Origin: an uncultured Planctomycetaceae bacterium
GTDB taxonomy: Bacteria; Planctomycetota; Planctomycetia; Planctomycetales; Planctomycetaceae
Assembly (NCBI GenBank): GCA_963815195.1
Contig: CAWFGE010000022.1
Location: 96,001-160,000, forward strand
Reading direction: 5' to 3'
Length of the DNA stretch: 64,000 bases
Part shown: piece by piece, positions 1-10,691 of the stretch
Layout: each line of letters begins with the position of its first letter
How positions within the stretch are numbered: the stretch's first letter is position 1
Program-made: the position numbers and the translations under genes
The notes under the pieces: model-generated
Told to the model about the DNA's origin: nothing
Seen by the model: only the letters and a program-made list of their open reading frames with translations
Database searches by the model: none

Positions 1-1
1 A

Positions 2-2338
2 AACGGCCTGCAGGGGCTGATTCTCGTATTCATCACGCTCGCGATCTTCCTCGAATTGCGGCTGGCGTTCTGGGTGGCGCTCGGGATTCCCGTGTCGATG
101 CTCGGGGCGTGCATTCTCCTGTTGATGACCGGCCAGACCCTCAACATGCTCTCGAGCTTCGCGTTCTTGATGGCGCTCGGGATCATCGTGGACGATGCCA
201 TCGTCATCGGCGAAAACATTTATTCCCACCGCCAAATGGGCAAAGGCTTCCTGCGGGCGGCGATCGAGGGCACGACCGAGGTGCTGCCTTCGGTGGGGGC
301 GTCGGTGGCGACGACGATCATCGCCTTTCTGCCGTTGATGTACGTCTCCGGCGTGATGGGAAAATTCATCGCGGTGATGCCCGTGGCGATCATCGCCATG
401 CTGCTCATCTCGCTGTTTGAAAGCTCGTTCATTCTACCCTGCCATCTGGCGCACGGGCATCACGAGGAAAACCGCGAGCCGTTCCGCTTCATCGAGTCGG
501 CCCGGCGGTTTCGCCGAAACCTCTCGCCCGGATTGCGGTGGACGCTGGGGTTGTTTGCGCTGGCCGGCGCGGCTTTGTTGACGCTGCTGACCGATCCGTT
601 CCGCTATCTCTACCGCGGTTCCCGAAAAGTCAACGAAATGGCGACCCGGCGGTTGGAAGGATTTATCGAGCGGTCTTATTTGCCGATGCTCGGCTGGGGT
701 CTGAAGAATCCGCTCACAATCGTGGCGGGGGCGGGCGTGATTTTTCTGCTGGCGATCGGCATCGTGCGGTCCGGACTGACGCCGTTTATCGTGTTCCCCA
801 AGCTCGACGGCAACCGCGTGCAAGCCGCGGTGAGTTATCCCGACGGCACGCCGAGCCGCATCACCCAAGCCGCGGTCCGGCAATTGGAAACCGCGGCGCT
901 CGAATTGGAGAAAGACTACGTCAAAGACGGCGGCTCGCCGTTTTTGGAGCTCCGGCGGTGGACCGTGGGCGAAGTCGAAGCCCGTTCGGGTCCGGGACGA
1001 ACGAGTGCGACCCGAGGCGGACACGTGGGCGGCGTGACGCTCGAGTTGGCCGAAGCGGGCCAGCGGGACATCACCAGTTCCGAAATCGTCGCCCGCTGGC
1101 GAAAGAAAGTCGGCGATCTTCCAGGCGTGGAAAGCCTGACCTTCGGGAACGTCAACATGGGACCCGCCGGCACGCCGATCGAGTTCAAACTTCTGGCCAG
1201 AAGCGGCCGCGTGGACGAGCTCGAAGCGGCCGTCGAAAAATGCAAAGCCCGCCTCGCCAAATATCCGGGCGTGTTCGACGTGAGCGACGACTCGCAGCCC
1301 GGCAAGTGGGAGTTTCAAATCCGCCTCAAAGAACGCGCCAAGTCCCTGGGCGTCACCTTAGGCGACGTCGCGGAGACCGTGCGGGCTTCGTACTACGGCG
1401 ACGAGGTCATGCGGCTGCAGCGCGGCCGGCATGAAGTCAAACTCATGGTCCGCTATCCCCTCGAAGACCGGCATTCGCTGGCGGACTTCGATCAAGTCCG
1501 CGTGCGAACTTCGGGCGGCACCGAACTCCCGCTCACCGAACTTGCGGACGTGCACGTCGAGCGGGGTTATTCGGAAATCAACCGCGTGGACCAGATGCGA
1601 TCGGTGACCATCTCCGCCGACATCAACGAATCCCAGGGCAACGCACAGAACGTCGTCCGCGAACTGCAATCGAGCTTCATGCCGAAGCTGTTCGAGGAAT
1701 ACCCCGACGTTCGCGTCCGCTGGGAAGGCCAGCAGGAACAAACCGTCGAGTCGGTGAAAAGCCTGTTGATCGGCTCGGTGGTGGCGCTCGTGGCGATGTT
1801 CGTGCTGTTGACGCTGCAGTTTCGCTCGTACTTCCAGCCGCTGTTGATCATGGCCGTGATCCCCTTCGGCATCGTGGGGGCCATCGGCGGTCACTTCGTG
1901 ATGGGGCTGCCTTTGACGCTGTTCAGCTTCTTCGGCATCGTGGCTTTGACGGGCGTGGTCGTGAACGATTCGATCGTGCTGATCGACTTCATCAACCACC
2001 GCGTGCGCGAGGGCATCCCCTTGGAAGAAGCCCTGCTCGATGCGGGCCGGCGGCGGTTCCGCCCGGTGATGCTCACCTCGATCACCACGATCGCGGGGCT
2101 GTTGCCGATTCTGTTGGAGACGTCGCTGCAGGCGCAGCTCTTAATCCCGATGGCGACGAGCCTGTGTTTCGGCCTGATGCTCACCACGGTTTTGGTGCTG
2201 ATTCTGGTGCCGACGTTTTATCTGATCTACTTCAAAATCACCGGCCGATCTTTCGTGAGCGACGACGAGGACGAGAATGAATCGCGGCCACGAGAGGTTG
2301 AAACAACGCCGCAGAAACCGGAACTGGTGATGTCGTAA
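2..2338 (+). CDS. AcrB/AcrD/AcrF-family RND efflux permease, 5'-truncated by window edge
   Basis: Frame open from base 2 (NGLQGLILVF...); GIIVDDAIVIGEN, GVVVNDSIVLIDF and RFRPVMLTSITT RND motifs. Confidence 0.93.
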   Translation, partial: NGLQGLILVFITLAIFLELRLAFWVALGIPVSMLGACILLLMTGQTLNMLSSFAFLMALGIIVDDAIVIGENIYSHRQMGKGFLRAAIEGTTEVLPSVGASVATTIIAFLPLMYVSGVMGKFIAVMPVAIIAMLLISLFESSFILPCHLAHGHHEENREPFRFIESARRFRRNLSPGLRWTLGLFALAGAALLTLLTDPFRYLYRGSRKVNEMATRRLEGFIERSYLPMLGWGLKNPLTIVAGAGVIFLLAIGIVRSGLTPFIVFPKLDGNRVQAAVSYPDGTPSRITQAAVRQLETAALELEKDYVKDGGSPFLELRRWTVGEVEARSGPGRTSATRGGHVGGVTLELAEAGQRDITSSEIVARWRKKVGDLPGVESLTFGNVNMGPAGTPIEFKLLARSGRVDELEAAVEKCKARLAKYPGVFDVSDDSQPGKWEFQIRLKERAKSLGVTLGDVAETVRASYYGDEVMRLQRGRHEVKLMVRYPLEDRHSLADFDQVRVRTSGGTELPLTELADVHVERGYSEINRVDQMRSVTISADINESQGNAQNVVRELQSSFMPKLFEEYPDVRVRWEGQQEQTVESVKSLLIGSVVALVAMFVLLTLQFRSYFQPLLIMAVIPFGIVGAIGGHFVMGLPLTLFSFFGIVALTGVVVNDSIVLIDFINHRVREGIPLEEALLDAGRRRFRPVMLTSITTIAGLLPILLETSLQAQLLIPMATSLCFGLMLTTVLVLILVPTFYLIYFKITGRSFVSDDEDENESRPREVETTPQKPELVMS

Positions 2339-2340
2339 CA

Positions 2341-2473
2341 GGCGAGCGGGGGGCGTCAGCCCCCTGGTTACTCCGAATGTTTCGAGAACCAAACAATCCT
2401 TCAAATGATCGTTTGAGTCAAATTATTTTTGAAGCACTCCACGTAACCAGGGGGCTGACGCCCCCCGCTCGCC
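2341..2473. repeat. REPIN-like doublet, family 1 (31-bp inverted arms, 71-bp AT-rich spacer)
   Basis: GGCGAGCGGGGGGCGTCAGCCCCCTGGTTAC at 2341-2371 and its exact reverse complement at 2443-2473. Confidence 0.92.
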
Positions 2474-2582
2474 TTTTTCGATTCGACGATTGCCGATCTG
2501 CTTCTGCGGCTTCCAAGTCGGCAGGTCTTCTCGCAATAATGAACCCGGTGAATCCAAACCTCATTGCGCGGGGAGCCCTCTC

Positions 2583-3821
2583 ATGCCTGTGGAACAAGCG
2601 ACGGAAAAACGCGGCGGCAATCCGAACGAGCGGCTGCATTCGCTCGATGCCTACCGCGGCCTGATTATGGTCACGCTGGCCTTTGTGGGCTTCGGACTCG
2701 CGGACACGGCGGGGAATTTTCTAAAAGAGAATCCCGACTCCGAACTCTGGCAGAACGTCCGCTATCAGTTCTCGCACACCGAATGGACCGGCTGCTCGTA
2801 TTGGGATTTGATCCAGCCTTCGTTCATGTTCATGGTCGGCGTGTCGATGGCCTATTCCTATTCCAAACGCCAACGGCTCGGGCATTCCTATATTCGAATG
2901 TTCGGCCACGCCTTCAGACGCTCCATTTTATTGATTGCGCTCAGCATCTTTTTGATGTCGCAGTACGATCACTACACGGAATGGACTTTCATGAACGTGC
3001 TGGCCCAGATCGGCTTGGGTTATACGTTTCTGTTTTTGTTGTGGAACCGGCCCGCGTGGGTGCAGGCGATGGCCGCGGTGCTGATCCTCGCCGGGACCTG
3101 GATCGCCTATGAGACGTACCCCGATGCCGGGATCAATCTGGAAACCGGGAACGAGAAAGTCGGGGTCTCCGCGGAATGGGCCCAGGAGCATCTCACCGGC
3201 ATTCCGAAACCTTGGCACAAAAACGCCAACATCGGGCATAAGATCGACCTCGTCGTCTTGAACAAATTCCCCCGGCCGGAACCCTTCGAGTACAACCGCG
3301 GCGGATACCAGACGATCAACTTCATCCCGTCCCTCGCCACGATGATCTTCGGCTTGATGTGCGGCGGATTGCTCAGGTCCGAACGCTCCCACGGCCGGAA
3401 GCTCTTGATTTTGATCGTCTCCGGCCTCGTCGCGTTGGGCGTGGGACAGTTGCTCAACCAAACCGGCGTCTGCCCTTCCATCAAACGCATCTGGACGCCG
3501 AGCTGGGCGATCTTCTCCACCGGCTGGTGCCTGCTCATCCTCGCGGGGCTGTTTCTGTTTATCGACATGTTCCGCCTGAAATGGCTGGCGTTCCCGCTAA
3601 TCGTCGTGGGCATGAACTCCATCGTGATGTACTGCCTGAGCATGTCTCTCAAGGGTTGGACCGCCCGGCAACTCACAACGCACTTCGGCAAAGAAGTCTT
3701 CACCCTCTACGGCAAGATCGATCCCAACTTCGCCCCCACGGTCCAAGCAACAATGGTCGGCCTGGTGTTCTGGCTGGTCTGCTATTACCTGTACCGCAAA
3801 CGAATGTTTGTGGCCCTTTAA
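2583..3821 (+). CDS. DUF5009 / heparan-alpha-glucosaminide N-acetyltransferase-like membrane acyltransferase
   Basis: RLHSLDAYRG, HTEWTGCSYWDLIQPSFMFMVG, IKRIWTPSW, GMNSI motifs; many TM segments; ATG 2583 follows GGGGAG. Confidence 0.85.
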   Translation: MPVEQATEKRGGNPNERLHSLDAYRGLIMVTLAFVGFGLADTAGNFLKENPDSELWQNVRYQFSHTEWTGCSYWDLIQPSFMFMVGVSMAYSYSKRQRLGHSYIRMFGHAFRRSILLIALSIFLMSQYDHYTEWTFMNVLAQIGLGYTFLFLLWNRPAWVQAMAAVLILAGTWIAYETYPDAGINLETGNEKVGVSAEWAQEHLTGIPKPWHKNANIGHKIDLVVLNKFPRPEPFEYNRGGYQTINFIPSLATMIFGLMCGGLLRSERSHGRKLLILIVSGLVALGVGQLLNQTGVCPSIKRIWTPSWAIFSTGWCLLILAGLFLFIDMFRLKWLAFPLIVVGMNSIVMYCLSMSLKGWTARQLTTHFGKEVFTLYGKIDPNFAPTVQATMVGLVFWLVCYYLYRKRMFVAL

Positions 3822-3869
3822 GGGGGATCGCTTGACAGCCTGCCCGTTTCGCGAGAGGGTTATACAGTG

Positions 3870-4045
3870 ACTCAAACTTTAAGTGGTTGGGTGGCTGGGG
3901 CGCAGATTCCTCTATGAAAAAAGTGGGGCAAGCGAATACTTGGGCGACGGACCCGAGCAACAGAACTCCCGTCGCCCCAGCTTTCGGAACGCGTTTTTCG
4001 CTTGATCCATTCCTTTGCGCCCCAGCCCTCACCCACAGTTTGAGT
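3870..4045. mobile_element. MITE-like nested-hairpin element, family 2, copy A
   Basis: Terminal IR ACTCAAACT/AGTTTGAGT; inner IRs GGCTGGGGCGCA/TGCGCCCCAGCC and GGGCGACGG/CCGTCGCCC; homologous to 10692, 48073, 48247. Confidence 0.7.
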
Positions 4046-4088
4046 GCAGTGGCTTCCTGATTTCGCTTCTCTTGATCGCGAGGTTTCC

Positions 4089-6467
4089 ATGCGCTGGCTG
4101 GTTTTGGTTTTGATGTTCGCCGTTTCCACGGCGGGGTTGGCTCAGGAGAAGCCCGCGAACTCCGGACGGGACGCGAAGCGCTGGAGCTATCCGCCCGAGC
4201 TCACCGGGGCGGATGAGGTCATCAAACATCGGCTCGGCGATGTGGACTTGCCGATGTATGTCTATCTGCCCAAGGGCCATAAGCCGGCAGACAAGCGGCC
4301 GGCGATTGTGTTCTTCTTCGGCGGCGGTTGGAAAGCCGGCAGCCCCGGACAGTTTTCGCCGCAATGCGAGTATTTCGCTTCGCGGGGCATGGTCGCGATC
4401 ACCGCGGATTACCGCGTCGCGTCCCGGCAGGGCGTCAAGGCGATTGACTGCGTGAAAGACGCCAAATCCACCATCCGCTGGGTCCGGCAGCACGCGAAGC
4501 AGTTGGGCGTCGATCCGAACAAAATCGTCGCTTCGGGCGGCTCCGCGGGCGGGCACACCGCGGCCTGCACGGGCGTCATTCCGGGCGTCGAAGCCGATGC
4601 CGAAGACCTCTCGGTCAGCTCCGTCCCCAATGCGATGGCCCTTTTCAACCCGGCCGTCTTATTGGCGGAGTTTGAGGGCAAGCCATATCTCGATCCGCAA
4701 AAACTCGAGGGCATGAAAGACCGCGTGGGCGACGATCCGAAGTTGATTTCCCCGGTGCATCACGTCCGGGGGGATCTGCCGCCGACGATTATCTTCCACG
4801 GCACCGCCGACACCGCGGTGCCTTATCCCACCGTCGAACTCTTTACGAAGCAAATGAAAGCCGCCGGCAACCGTTGCGAACTCGTGGGCTTTGAAGGCCA
4901 GCCGCACGGGTTTTTCAACACCGGCCGTGGCGGCAACGCCAAGCGGCTCGCCAACGACGACCGCATGTACCGCGAGACGACTTATCGGCTGGATCGGTTC
5001 TTGAATTCGCTGGGCTACCTCGAGGGCGAACCCACGATTGCCTTGCCGAAGGAGCGCCCCGCCGTCCGCACTTCGGAAGATCGAGAGGGCAAGACCGCTC
5101 AGACCCAAAGGCCGCCGAACGTGGTGATCATCTTCGCCGACGACCAGGGTTATCAGGATGTGGGCTGTTTTGGTTCGCCGGACATCGAGACGCCCAACCT
5201 CGACCGCATGGCCCAAGAAGGGCGGAAGTTCAAAAGTTTTTACGTCGCCCAAGCTGTGTGCGGCGCTTCGCGGGCGGCTCTTTTGACCGGCTGCTATTCC
5301 AACCGCATCGGCATGCTGGGAGCACCCGGCCCATCGGCTACGCATGGGATTGACGACGGGGAAACGATCATCGCCGAGGTCCTGAAGAGCCGGGGCTATA
5401 AAACGGCGATGCTGGGCAAATGGCATCTCGGCCATCGCCCGCGGTTCTTGCCGACGCATCACGGGTTCGATCAATACTTCGGGCTGCCGTATTCCAATGA
5501 CATGTGGCCGTACCATCCCACGATCAAAACCTTCCCGGATTTGCCTTTGATCGAAAACGATAAAGTCATCAACCCCCGCGTGACGCCGGAGGATCAAAAG
5601 CACTTGACGACCTGGTATACCGAGCGGGCGGTGAAGTTCATCGAAGAAAATCACGAGTCGCCTTTCTTCTTGTACGTCGCCCATGCGATGCCCCACGTGC
5701 CGCTGTTTGTGAGCGACAAACACAAAGGCGTTTCCAAGCGGGGCCTGTATGGGGATGTGATCGCGGAAGTCGATTGGTGCGTGGGCGAGATTCTCTCGGC
5801 CCTCAAAAAGCACGGCGTCGATGAGAACACGCTCGTGATCTATACATCGGACAACGGGCCTTGGTTGTCGTACGGCGATCACGCGGGCTCGGCGCTTCCG
5901 CTGCGGGAAGGAAAAGGCACGACGTGGGAAGGCGGCGTGCGCGAGCCTTGCATCATGCGCTGGCCGGGGAAAATTCCCGCGGGCACCGAGACAAACGAAC
6001 TCGCGGCGACGATTGATTTGCTGCCGACGCTCGCCCATCTTTCCGGAGCCGACCTGCCGGCCCGCAGGATCGACGGCCTCAACATCTGGCCGTTGATGGC
6101 GGGTGAACCCGGAGCCAAAACGCCGCACGAATCGTATTACTATTATTGGGGCCGGGAGCTGCAGGCGATTCGCAGCGGCCCGTGGAAGTTGCACTTCCCG
6201 CACAGCTACCGCAGCCTGAAAGGCGAACCGGGCCACGGCGGAATTCCGGGGCCTTACGTCCAGAAAAAGACGGGGTTGGAACTTTACAACCTGGAATCGG
6301 ACGTGGGAGAAACCACCAACGTCGCCGACGCCCATCCGGAAGTCGTCAAACGTCTTCAAGAGCTCGCGGAACTGGCCCGCAAGGATTTGGGTGATTCGGC
6401 GACCGGGCAGCGGGGAGAGAACGTCCGCCAGCCCGCCCGGTGGACGCCACCCGCCAAAGACCGCTGA
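4089..6467 (+). CDS. Secreted alpha/beta-hydrolase (esterase) fused to formylglycine-dependent sulfatase
   Basis: Signal peptide; FFGGGW, GGSAGG, HGTAD, HGFF esterase motifs; [34 protein letters not shown] sulfatase motifs. Confidence 0.9.
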   Translation: MRWLVLVLMFAVSTAGLAQEKPANSGRDAKRWSYPPELTGADEVIKHRLGDVDLPMYVYLPKGHKPADKRPAIVFFFGGGWKAGSPGQFSPQCEYFASRGMVAITADYRVASRQGVKAIDCVKDAKSTIRWVRQHAKQLGVDPNKIVASGGSAGGHTAACTGVIPGVEADAEDLSVSSVPNAMALFNPAVLLAEFEGKPYLDPQKLEGMKDRVGDDPKLISPVHHVRGDLPPTIIFHGTADTAVPYPTVELFTKQMKAAGNRCELVGFEGQPHGFFNTGRGGNAKRLANDDRMYRETTYRLDRFLNSLGYLEGEPTIALPKERPAVRTSEDREGKTAQTQRPPNVVIIFADDQGYQDVGCFGSPDIETPNLDRMAQEGRKFKSFYVAQAVCGASRAALLTGCYSNRIGMLGAPGPSATHGIDDGETIIAEVLKSRGYKTAMLGKWHLGHRPRFLPTHHGFDQYFGLPYSNDMWPYHPTIKTFPDLPLIENDKVINPRVTPEDQKHLTTWYTERAVKFIEENHESPFFLYVAHAMPHVPLFVSDKHKGVSKRGLYGDVIAEVDWCVGEILSALKKHGVDENTLVIYTSDNGPWLSYGDHAGSALPLREGKGTTWEGGVREPCIMRWPGKIPAGTETNELAATIDLLPTLAHLSGADLPARRIDGLNIWPLMAGEPGAKTPHESYYYYWGRELQAIRSGPWKLHFPHSYRSLKGEPGHGGIPGPYVQKKTGLELYNLESDVGETTNVADAHPEVVKRLQELAELARKDLGDSATGQRGENVRQPARWTPPAKDR

Positions 6468-6568
6468 TTTCCTCAAAATCCGCCCAACCCGGACTTGGCA
6501 AACCGCCGCCGGCCACTATCCTAACGGAGTCGGCCGGAGTTTTGAGTTCCGTGGTGAAAACAGATAAA

Positions 6569-6701
6569 GGCGAGCGGGGGGCGTAAGCCCCCTGGTTTGC
6601 CGCGAACGCTTGAGTTGTTTCGCGTTGACTGTTTCCGGTTTCTGTTATTTCAGCTGGCTCTTAACTCCACGTAACCGGGGGGCTTACGCCCCCCGCTCGC
6701 C
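6569..6701. repeat. REPIN-like doublet, family 1
   Basis: Arms 6569-6597 and 6671-6701 (GTAACCGGGGGGCTTACGCCCCCCGCTCGCC); 133 bp like the 2341 copy. Confidence 0.9.
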
Positions 6702-6738
6702 TAGTCTTTGGGATTTTACCTCGGTTGGAGTGGCGGCG

Positions 6739-8376
6739 ATGAGCTATCGCGTGATGGTGACGGACAATCTTTCGCAAGTGGGCGTGGACCTGTTGAAGGA
6801 CCAGGGCGGCCTGGAGGTGGACGTTCGCGAAACGCCGCCAGCCGACGAGCTTCGCAAGATCCTCGCCGATTACGACGGGCTCATCATCCGCAGCGCGACC
6901 AAGCTCACGCCGGAAATCCTCGAAGGCCAGAAGCGGTTGAAAGTCGTGGTGCGGGCCGGGGTGGGCGTGGATAACATCGACCGCGCCGCCGCGACGCGGG
7001 AAGGCATCGTCGTGATGAACACGCCCGCGGGCAACACGACGAGCACCGCGGAGCATACGATCGCGATGATGCTCGCCCTCTCGCGGAACATCGGCCCCGC
7101 GTCGGCCGGGATGCGCGAAGGCAAATGGGACCGCAAGAAGTACACCGGCACGCAGCTCTCCGGCAAGACGCTCGCGGTCGTCGGCTTGGGGCGGATCGGT
7201 TTGGCCGTCGCCCGGCGGGCGCAAGGGCTGGAAATGAAGGTCATCGGCTACGATCCGTTCCTTTCCGCTGACCGCGCCGCCGAGCAGGGCGTCGAGCTTT
7301 CGCGGGAAGTCGACGACATCGTCAGCCGCTGCGATTTTCTCACCGTGCACACGCCGCTTACCGACGAGACCCGCGGCCTCATCAACGCCGAGCGGATGGA
7401 ACGGATGAAAAAGGGGGCCCGAATCATCAACTGCGCCCGCGGCGGGATTGTCGACGAGGACGCCCTCGCCAATGCGATCGAAGCGGGCCACATCGCCGGG
7501 GCCGCGCTCGATGTGTTCGTTGAGGAACCGCCCGGCGACTCGCGTCTGACGAAACTCCCGCAGGTGCTCTCTACCCCGCATCTGGGAGCCTCGACCGAAG
7601 AAGCCCAGGAACTCGTGGCGGCCGAGGCGGCGGAAATCATCAGCGGGTTTTTGCTGCGAAACGAAATCCGCCACGCCGTCAATATGGTCCCCATCTCCGG
7701 CGCGGAAATGGCCGACATGAAGCAGTACCTCAACCTGGGGCATCGGCTGGGCATGCTCTTGGCTCAGTTGAACAAAGCCGGCAGCGTCAAGTCGGCCCAA
7801 CTCCAGTACCGTGGCGACGTGGCGTGCAAAAAAACGGATCTGATAACCTCCGCCTTCGCCGCGGGGTTGTTGGAGTCGGCCCTCGATGAGAGCGTCAACA
7901 TCGTCAACGCCCCGCTGCTCGCCCAGGAGCGGGGCATCGAAATCGATGAGTCGAAATCCAGCGACCAAGGCAACTTTTCCACCATGGTCACCGCGACACT
8001 CAAGACCGAGCACGGCGAAATCAGCGCGGCGGGGACGCTGTTCGGCACCGAGTTCCTCCGGCTCGTGCGGCTCGATCAATTCCATCTCGATGCTTACCTG
8101 GACGGGCTGTTGTTGATCTATCGGCACCGCGACCGGCCGGGGCAGATCGGCTTCATCGGCACCGTCTTCGGCAAGCATGGCGTGAATATCGCCCACATGG
8201 CCTTGGGCCGGGAGTCCGACAAACCGGGCGGCCCATCGATCGCGGTCCTCAACCTGGACAACGAACCGTCGGCCGATGCCCTCAAAGAAGTCGCCGCCCA
8301 CCACGATGTCTCCAGCGTCGAACTGGTGCGCCTGCCGCCCGCCGGTGCCCCGCTGCCTTGGCTCGTCGGGTCGTGA
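6739..8376 (+). CDS. serA: D-3-phosphoglycerate dehydrogenase (with ASB and ACT domains)
   Basis: RAGVGVDNID, GLGRIG, INCARGG, TPHLGAST, C-terminal HRDRPG..NIAHM ACT domain; ATG follows GGAG. Confidence 0.95.
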   Translation: MSYRVMVTDNLSQVGVDLLKDQGGLEVDVRETPPADELRKILADYDGLIIRSATKLTPEILEGQKRLKVVVRAGVGVDNIDRAAATREGIVVMNTPAGNTTSTAEHTIAMMLALSRNIGPASAGMREGKWDRKKYTGTQLSGKTLAVVGLGRIGLAVARRAQGLEMKVIGYDPFLSADRAAEQGVELSREVDDIVSRCDFLTVHTPLTDETRGLINAERMERMKKGARIINCARGGIVDEDALANAIEAGHIAGAALDVFVEEPPGDSRLTKLPQVLSTPHLGASTEEAQELVAAEAAEIISGFLLRNEIRHAVNMVPISGAEMADMKQYLNLGHRLGMLLAQLNKAGSVKSAQLQYRGDVACKKTDLITSAFAAGLLESALDESVNIVNAPLLAQERGIEIDESKSSDQGNFSTMVTATLKTEHGEISAAGTLFGTEFLRLVRLDQFHLDAYLDGLLLIYRHRDRPGQIGFIGTVFGKHGVNIAHMALGRESDKPGGPSIAVLNLDNEPSADALKEVAAHHDVSSVELVRLPPAGAPLPWLVGS

Positions 8377-8457
8377 TTTTTACAAAACGCGTTCCGAGTT
8401 TCGGCTGGCGGCTGGCGGCCGGCGGCTGATGAATGAATGATCCAATTCTTCCCGGAG

Positions 8458-9877
8458 TCAAGGTTCCGCTCGTTCTCCCGATTCTTGTTTGAAGCCCCCG
8501 TTCGCGTTGATCGGCAAATAGACGTGAAACACAGAGCCTCGGCCGGGCGTGCTTTTCACGTCCACGCGGCCGCCGAGCGAGGAGACAATGCTGTGGACGA
8601 TGCTTAACCCCAGCCCCGCGCCGCCTGCATCGAGTTCGCTGCTCTTGTTCACCCGGTAGAACCGATCGAAGATGCGCGGCAGATGGGCGGCGTCGATGCC
8701 GACCCCCGTATCCGCCACGCGGACCACGGCTTCCGTATCCGTGCGGGCGAGACTGACCGTGATCCGGCCTTCCTCCGGCGTGTATTTGACCGCGTTGTCG
8801 ATCAGGTTATGAAACACCTGCCGCAACCGCGCAGCGTCGGCGAGAACTTCCGCGTTACACTTCATATCCGCCTCCAGGTTTTGCCGTTTGGCATTCGCGA
8901 GCGGGGCGAGCGATGCGATCGTTTCCGATAAGAGCGGCTCGAGCGACACCGCCTCGCGAACGAGTGGGTGCATGCCCGCGTCCTCGCGGGACAGCGCCAG
9001 AAGCTGGCCCGTCGCGGACGCCAACCGGACGCACTCTTCCACAATGCTCCGAAACCGGCCGCGGGCGTCTTCGAGATTCTTGGAGGCGTCCGCGCCCATC
9101 TCGGCTTCGCTGCGGATGACGGCGATCGGCGTTCGCAGTTCGTGCGACGCATCCGCCGTGAACCGCCGAACTTCCTCAAACGACCGCTCCAAACGGGCGA
9201 TCATGGAATTGATGGTCCGGGCCAGATACCCCAATTCGTCGGCCGGGTTGGAAATCGGCAAGCGGCGGTCGAGATGCTCGGCCGTGATCTCGTCCGCCAA
9301 CTGGCGAAGCTGCTCCACCGGAGAGAGGGCTTTATACGCCAGCCAATACGCGAGCGCCGCCGCGATTCCCAGCGTGATGGGAATCGTCATCAGCAAAGCT
9401 TGAACGACCTGCCCCAATTCCTCGTCGACATGCTCGAGTTCCGCGAACAGCATGAGCGTGTAGGAACCTTGCCCGGTGCGCACGGTCGCGGACAAACGGC
9501 GCACATGCCCCAGGTTGGGAAGCGTGAGATTGTCAAACTGGGCTTCGGAAGAAACGCCCGGCGGCACGCTCAGTTCGTGATCGTCTTTCAGTTGGTCGGC
9601 CTGGGCGACGGGATCGCCGTGGGCGTTCAAAACGACGCCGAACATCTCGATGTGCTTGCCGAACTTGCGGACCCAAAACCGGAATCGCTCGTCCGGATCG
9701 GCCGCAAGGTTCTCATCGCGCAACCTGCCGGTAGCGGGATTCGAGGATGCGGTCGACCTGGTCGTAATGCGTCTCCCGCAAGAGGCTGTAAACCAGAACG
9801 CCGAAACCCAACAGCACGACCGCAAACGCGGCCGTGTTCCAAAGCGCGATCCGCCAGCGAATGCTGAGCCGGGTCAT
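8458..9877 (-). CDS. CusS/CzcS-like sensor histidine kinase (HAMP-HisKA-HATPase); one frameshift near 9725
   Basis: MTRLSIRWRIALWN start overlaps regulator stop (ATGA); FTADASHELRTP, NLIDNAVKYT, DTGVGI, GAGLGL. Confidence 0.88.
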
Positions 9878-10557
9878 GGCTCCTCCCGCACGGCGTAACC
9901 GACGCCCCGCACCGTCTCGATCAACGGCCGTGTTCCGGGGACTTCGACTTTTTTCCGCAGGCTGTTGACGCAGACATCGATGACGTTGGTGAGCAATCCC
10001 TGCGGCTCCTTCCACACATCGCGGGTGAGCATTTCGCGGGAGACGTTGGTGTTTTTGTGACGGAGCAGATACTCCAACAGCTCAAACTCCCGCTGGCTCA
10101 GTTCAATCTCCACGCCTTTCCTCGCGACCTTTCGGGTGAAGAGATCCATCTCCAGATCCGCACAATAGAGCAGCCGTTCCTGCCCCGGCCGGCCCCGGCG
10201 AAGGAGCGCCCGCAATCGGGCCAGGAGCTCCGCATGGGCAAACGGTTTGACGAGATAATCATCCGCCCCGGCATCCAGGCCCGCCACGCGGTCGTCGATG
10301 GAATCGCGGGCGGTCAGAATCAGCACCGGCTTTTGAAAACCGCTCTTCCGGAGATCGCCGAGAACCTGCAAACCGTCCCGGCCCGGCAGCGTCAAATCGA
10401 GCACGATGGCGTCAAACGCCTGCGCCGTCGCCTGCCGAAAACCTTCTTCCCCGGTCGCGGCGGCAGCGACTTCGTAGCCTTCCTGCTCCAGCATTTGCTG
10501 CAAATTCCGCCGAAGCTTTTGCTGGTCTTCGATGACAAGAATCTGAGGCATAACCAT
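9874..10557 (-). CDS. OmpR-family response regulator (CusR/CzcR-like)
   Basis: ILVIED, LDLTLPGRDG, GADDYLVKPF, IETVRGVGY. Confidence 0.93.
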   Translation of the reverse strand: MVMPQILVIEDQQKLRRNLQQMLEQEGYEVAAAATGEEGFRQATAQAFDAIVLDLTLPGRDGLQVLGDLRKSGFQKPVLILTARDSIDDRVAGLDAGADDYLVKPFAHAELLARLRALLRRGRPGQERLLYCADLEMDLFTRKVARKGVEIELSQREFELLEYLLRHKNTNVSREMLTRDVWKEPQGLLTNVIDVCVNSLRKKVEVPGTRPLIETVRGVGYAVREEP

Positions 10558-10574
10558 GAGCCTGCGTTTCGATT

Positions 10575-10657
10575 ATCAGCCGGAACGCGCTCGCGTCCGG
10601 TTTCCCGAGTGAACCGGGGCGGTGCCCCCCTGCGGGCTCAGCCCCCCTGCGGCTAAT
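10575..10657. repeat. REP pair, family 4 (AT[CT]AGCCG...CCGGTT)
   Basis: ATCAGCCGGAACGCGCTCGCGTCCGGTT followed by inverted unit AACCGGGGCGG...CTGCGGCTAAT; related units at 20963-21027, 47934-47996, 51042-51170. Confidence 0.7.
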
Positions 10658-10691
10658 CAACCCCACAATGATTCATCGCGCGATCCTGAAT

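Noticed and set aside
4659..8304. Long antisense ORFs (4659-6476, 6661-8304; likewise 48517-50544, 53070-54431, 56887-58296)
   Set aside because: Shadow frames of high-GC3 genes with no recognisable motifs
8403..8430. Short heptamer runs (CGGCTGG here; TGGTCAT at about 26396-26425)
   Set aside because: Only two to four degenerate units; too little to support a function
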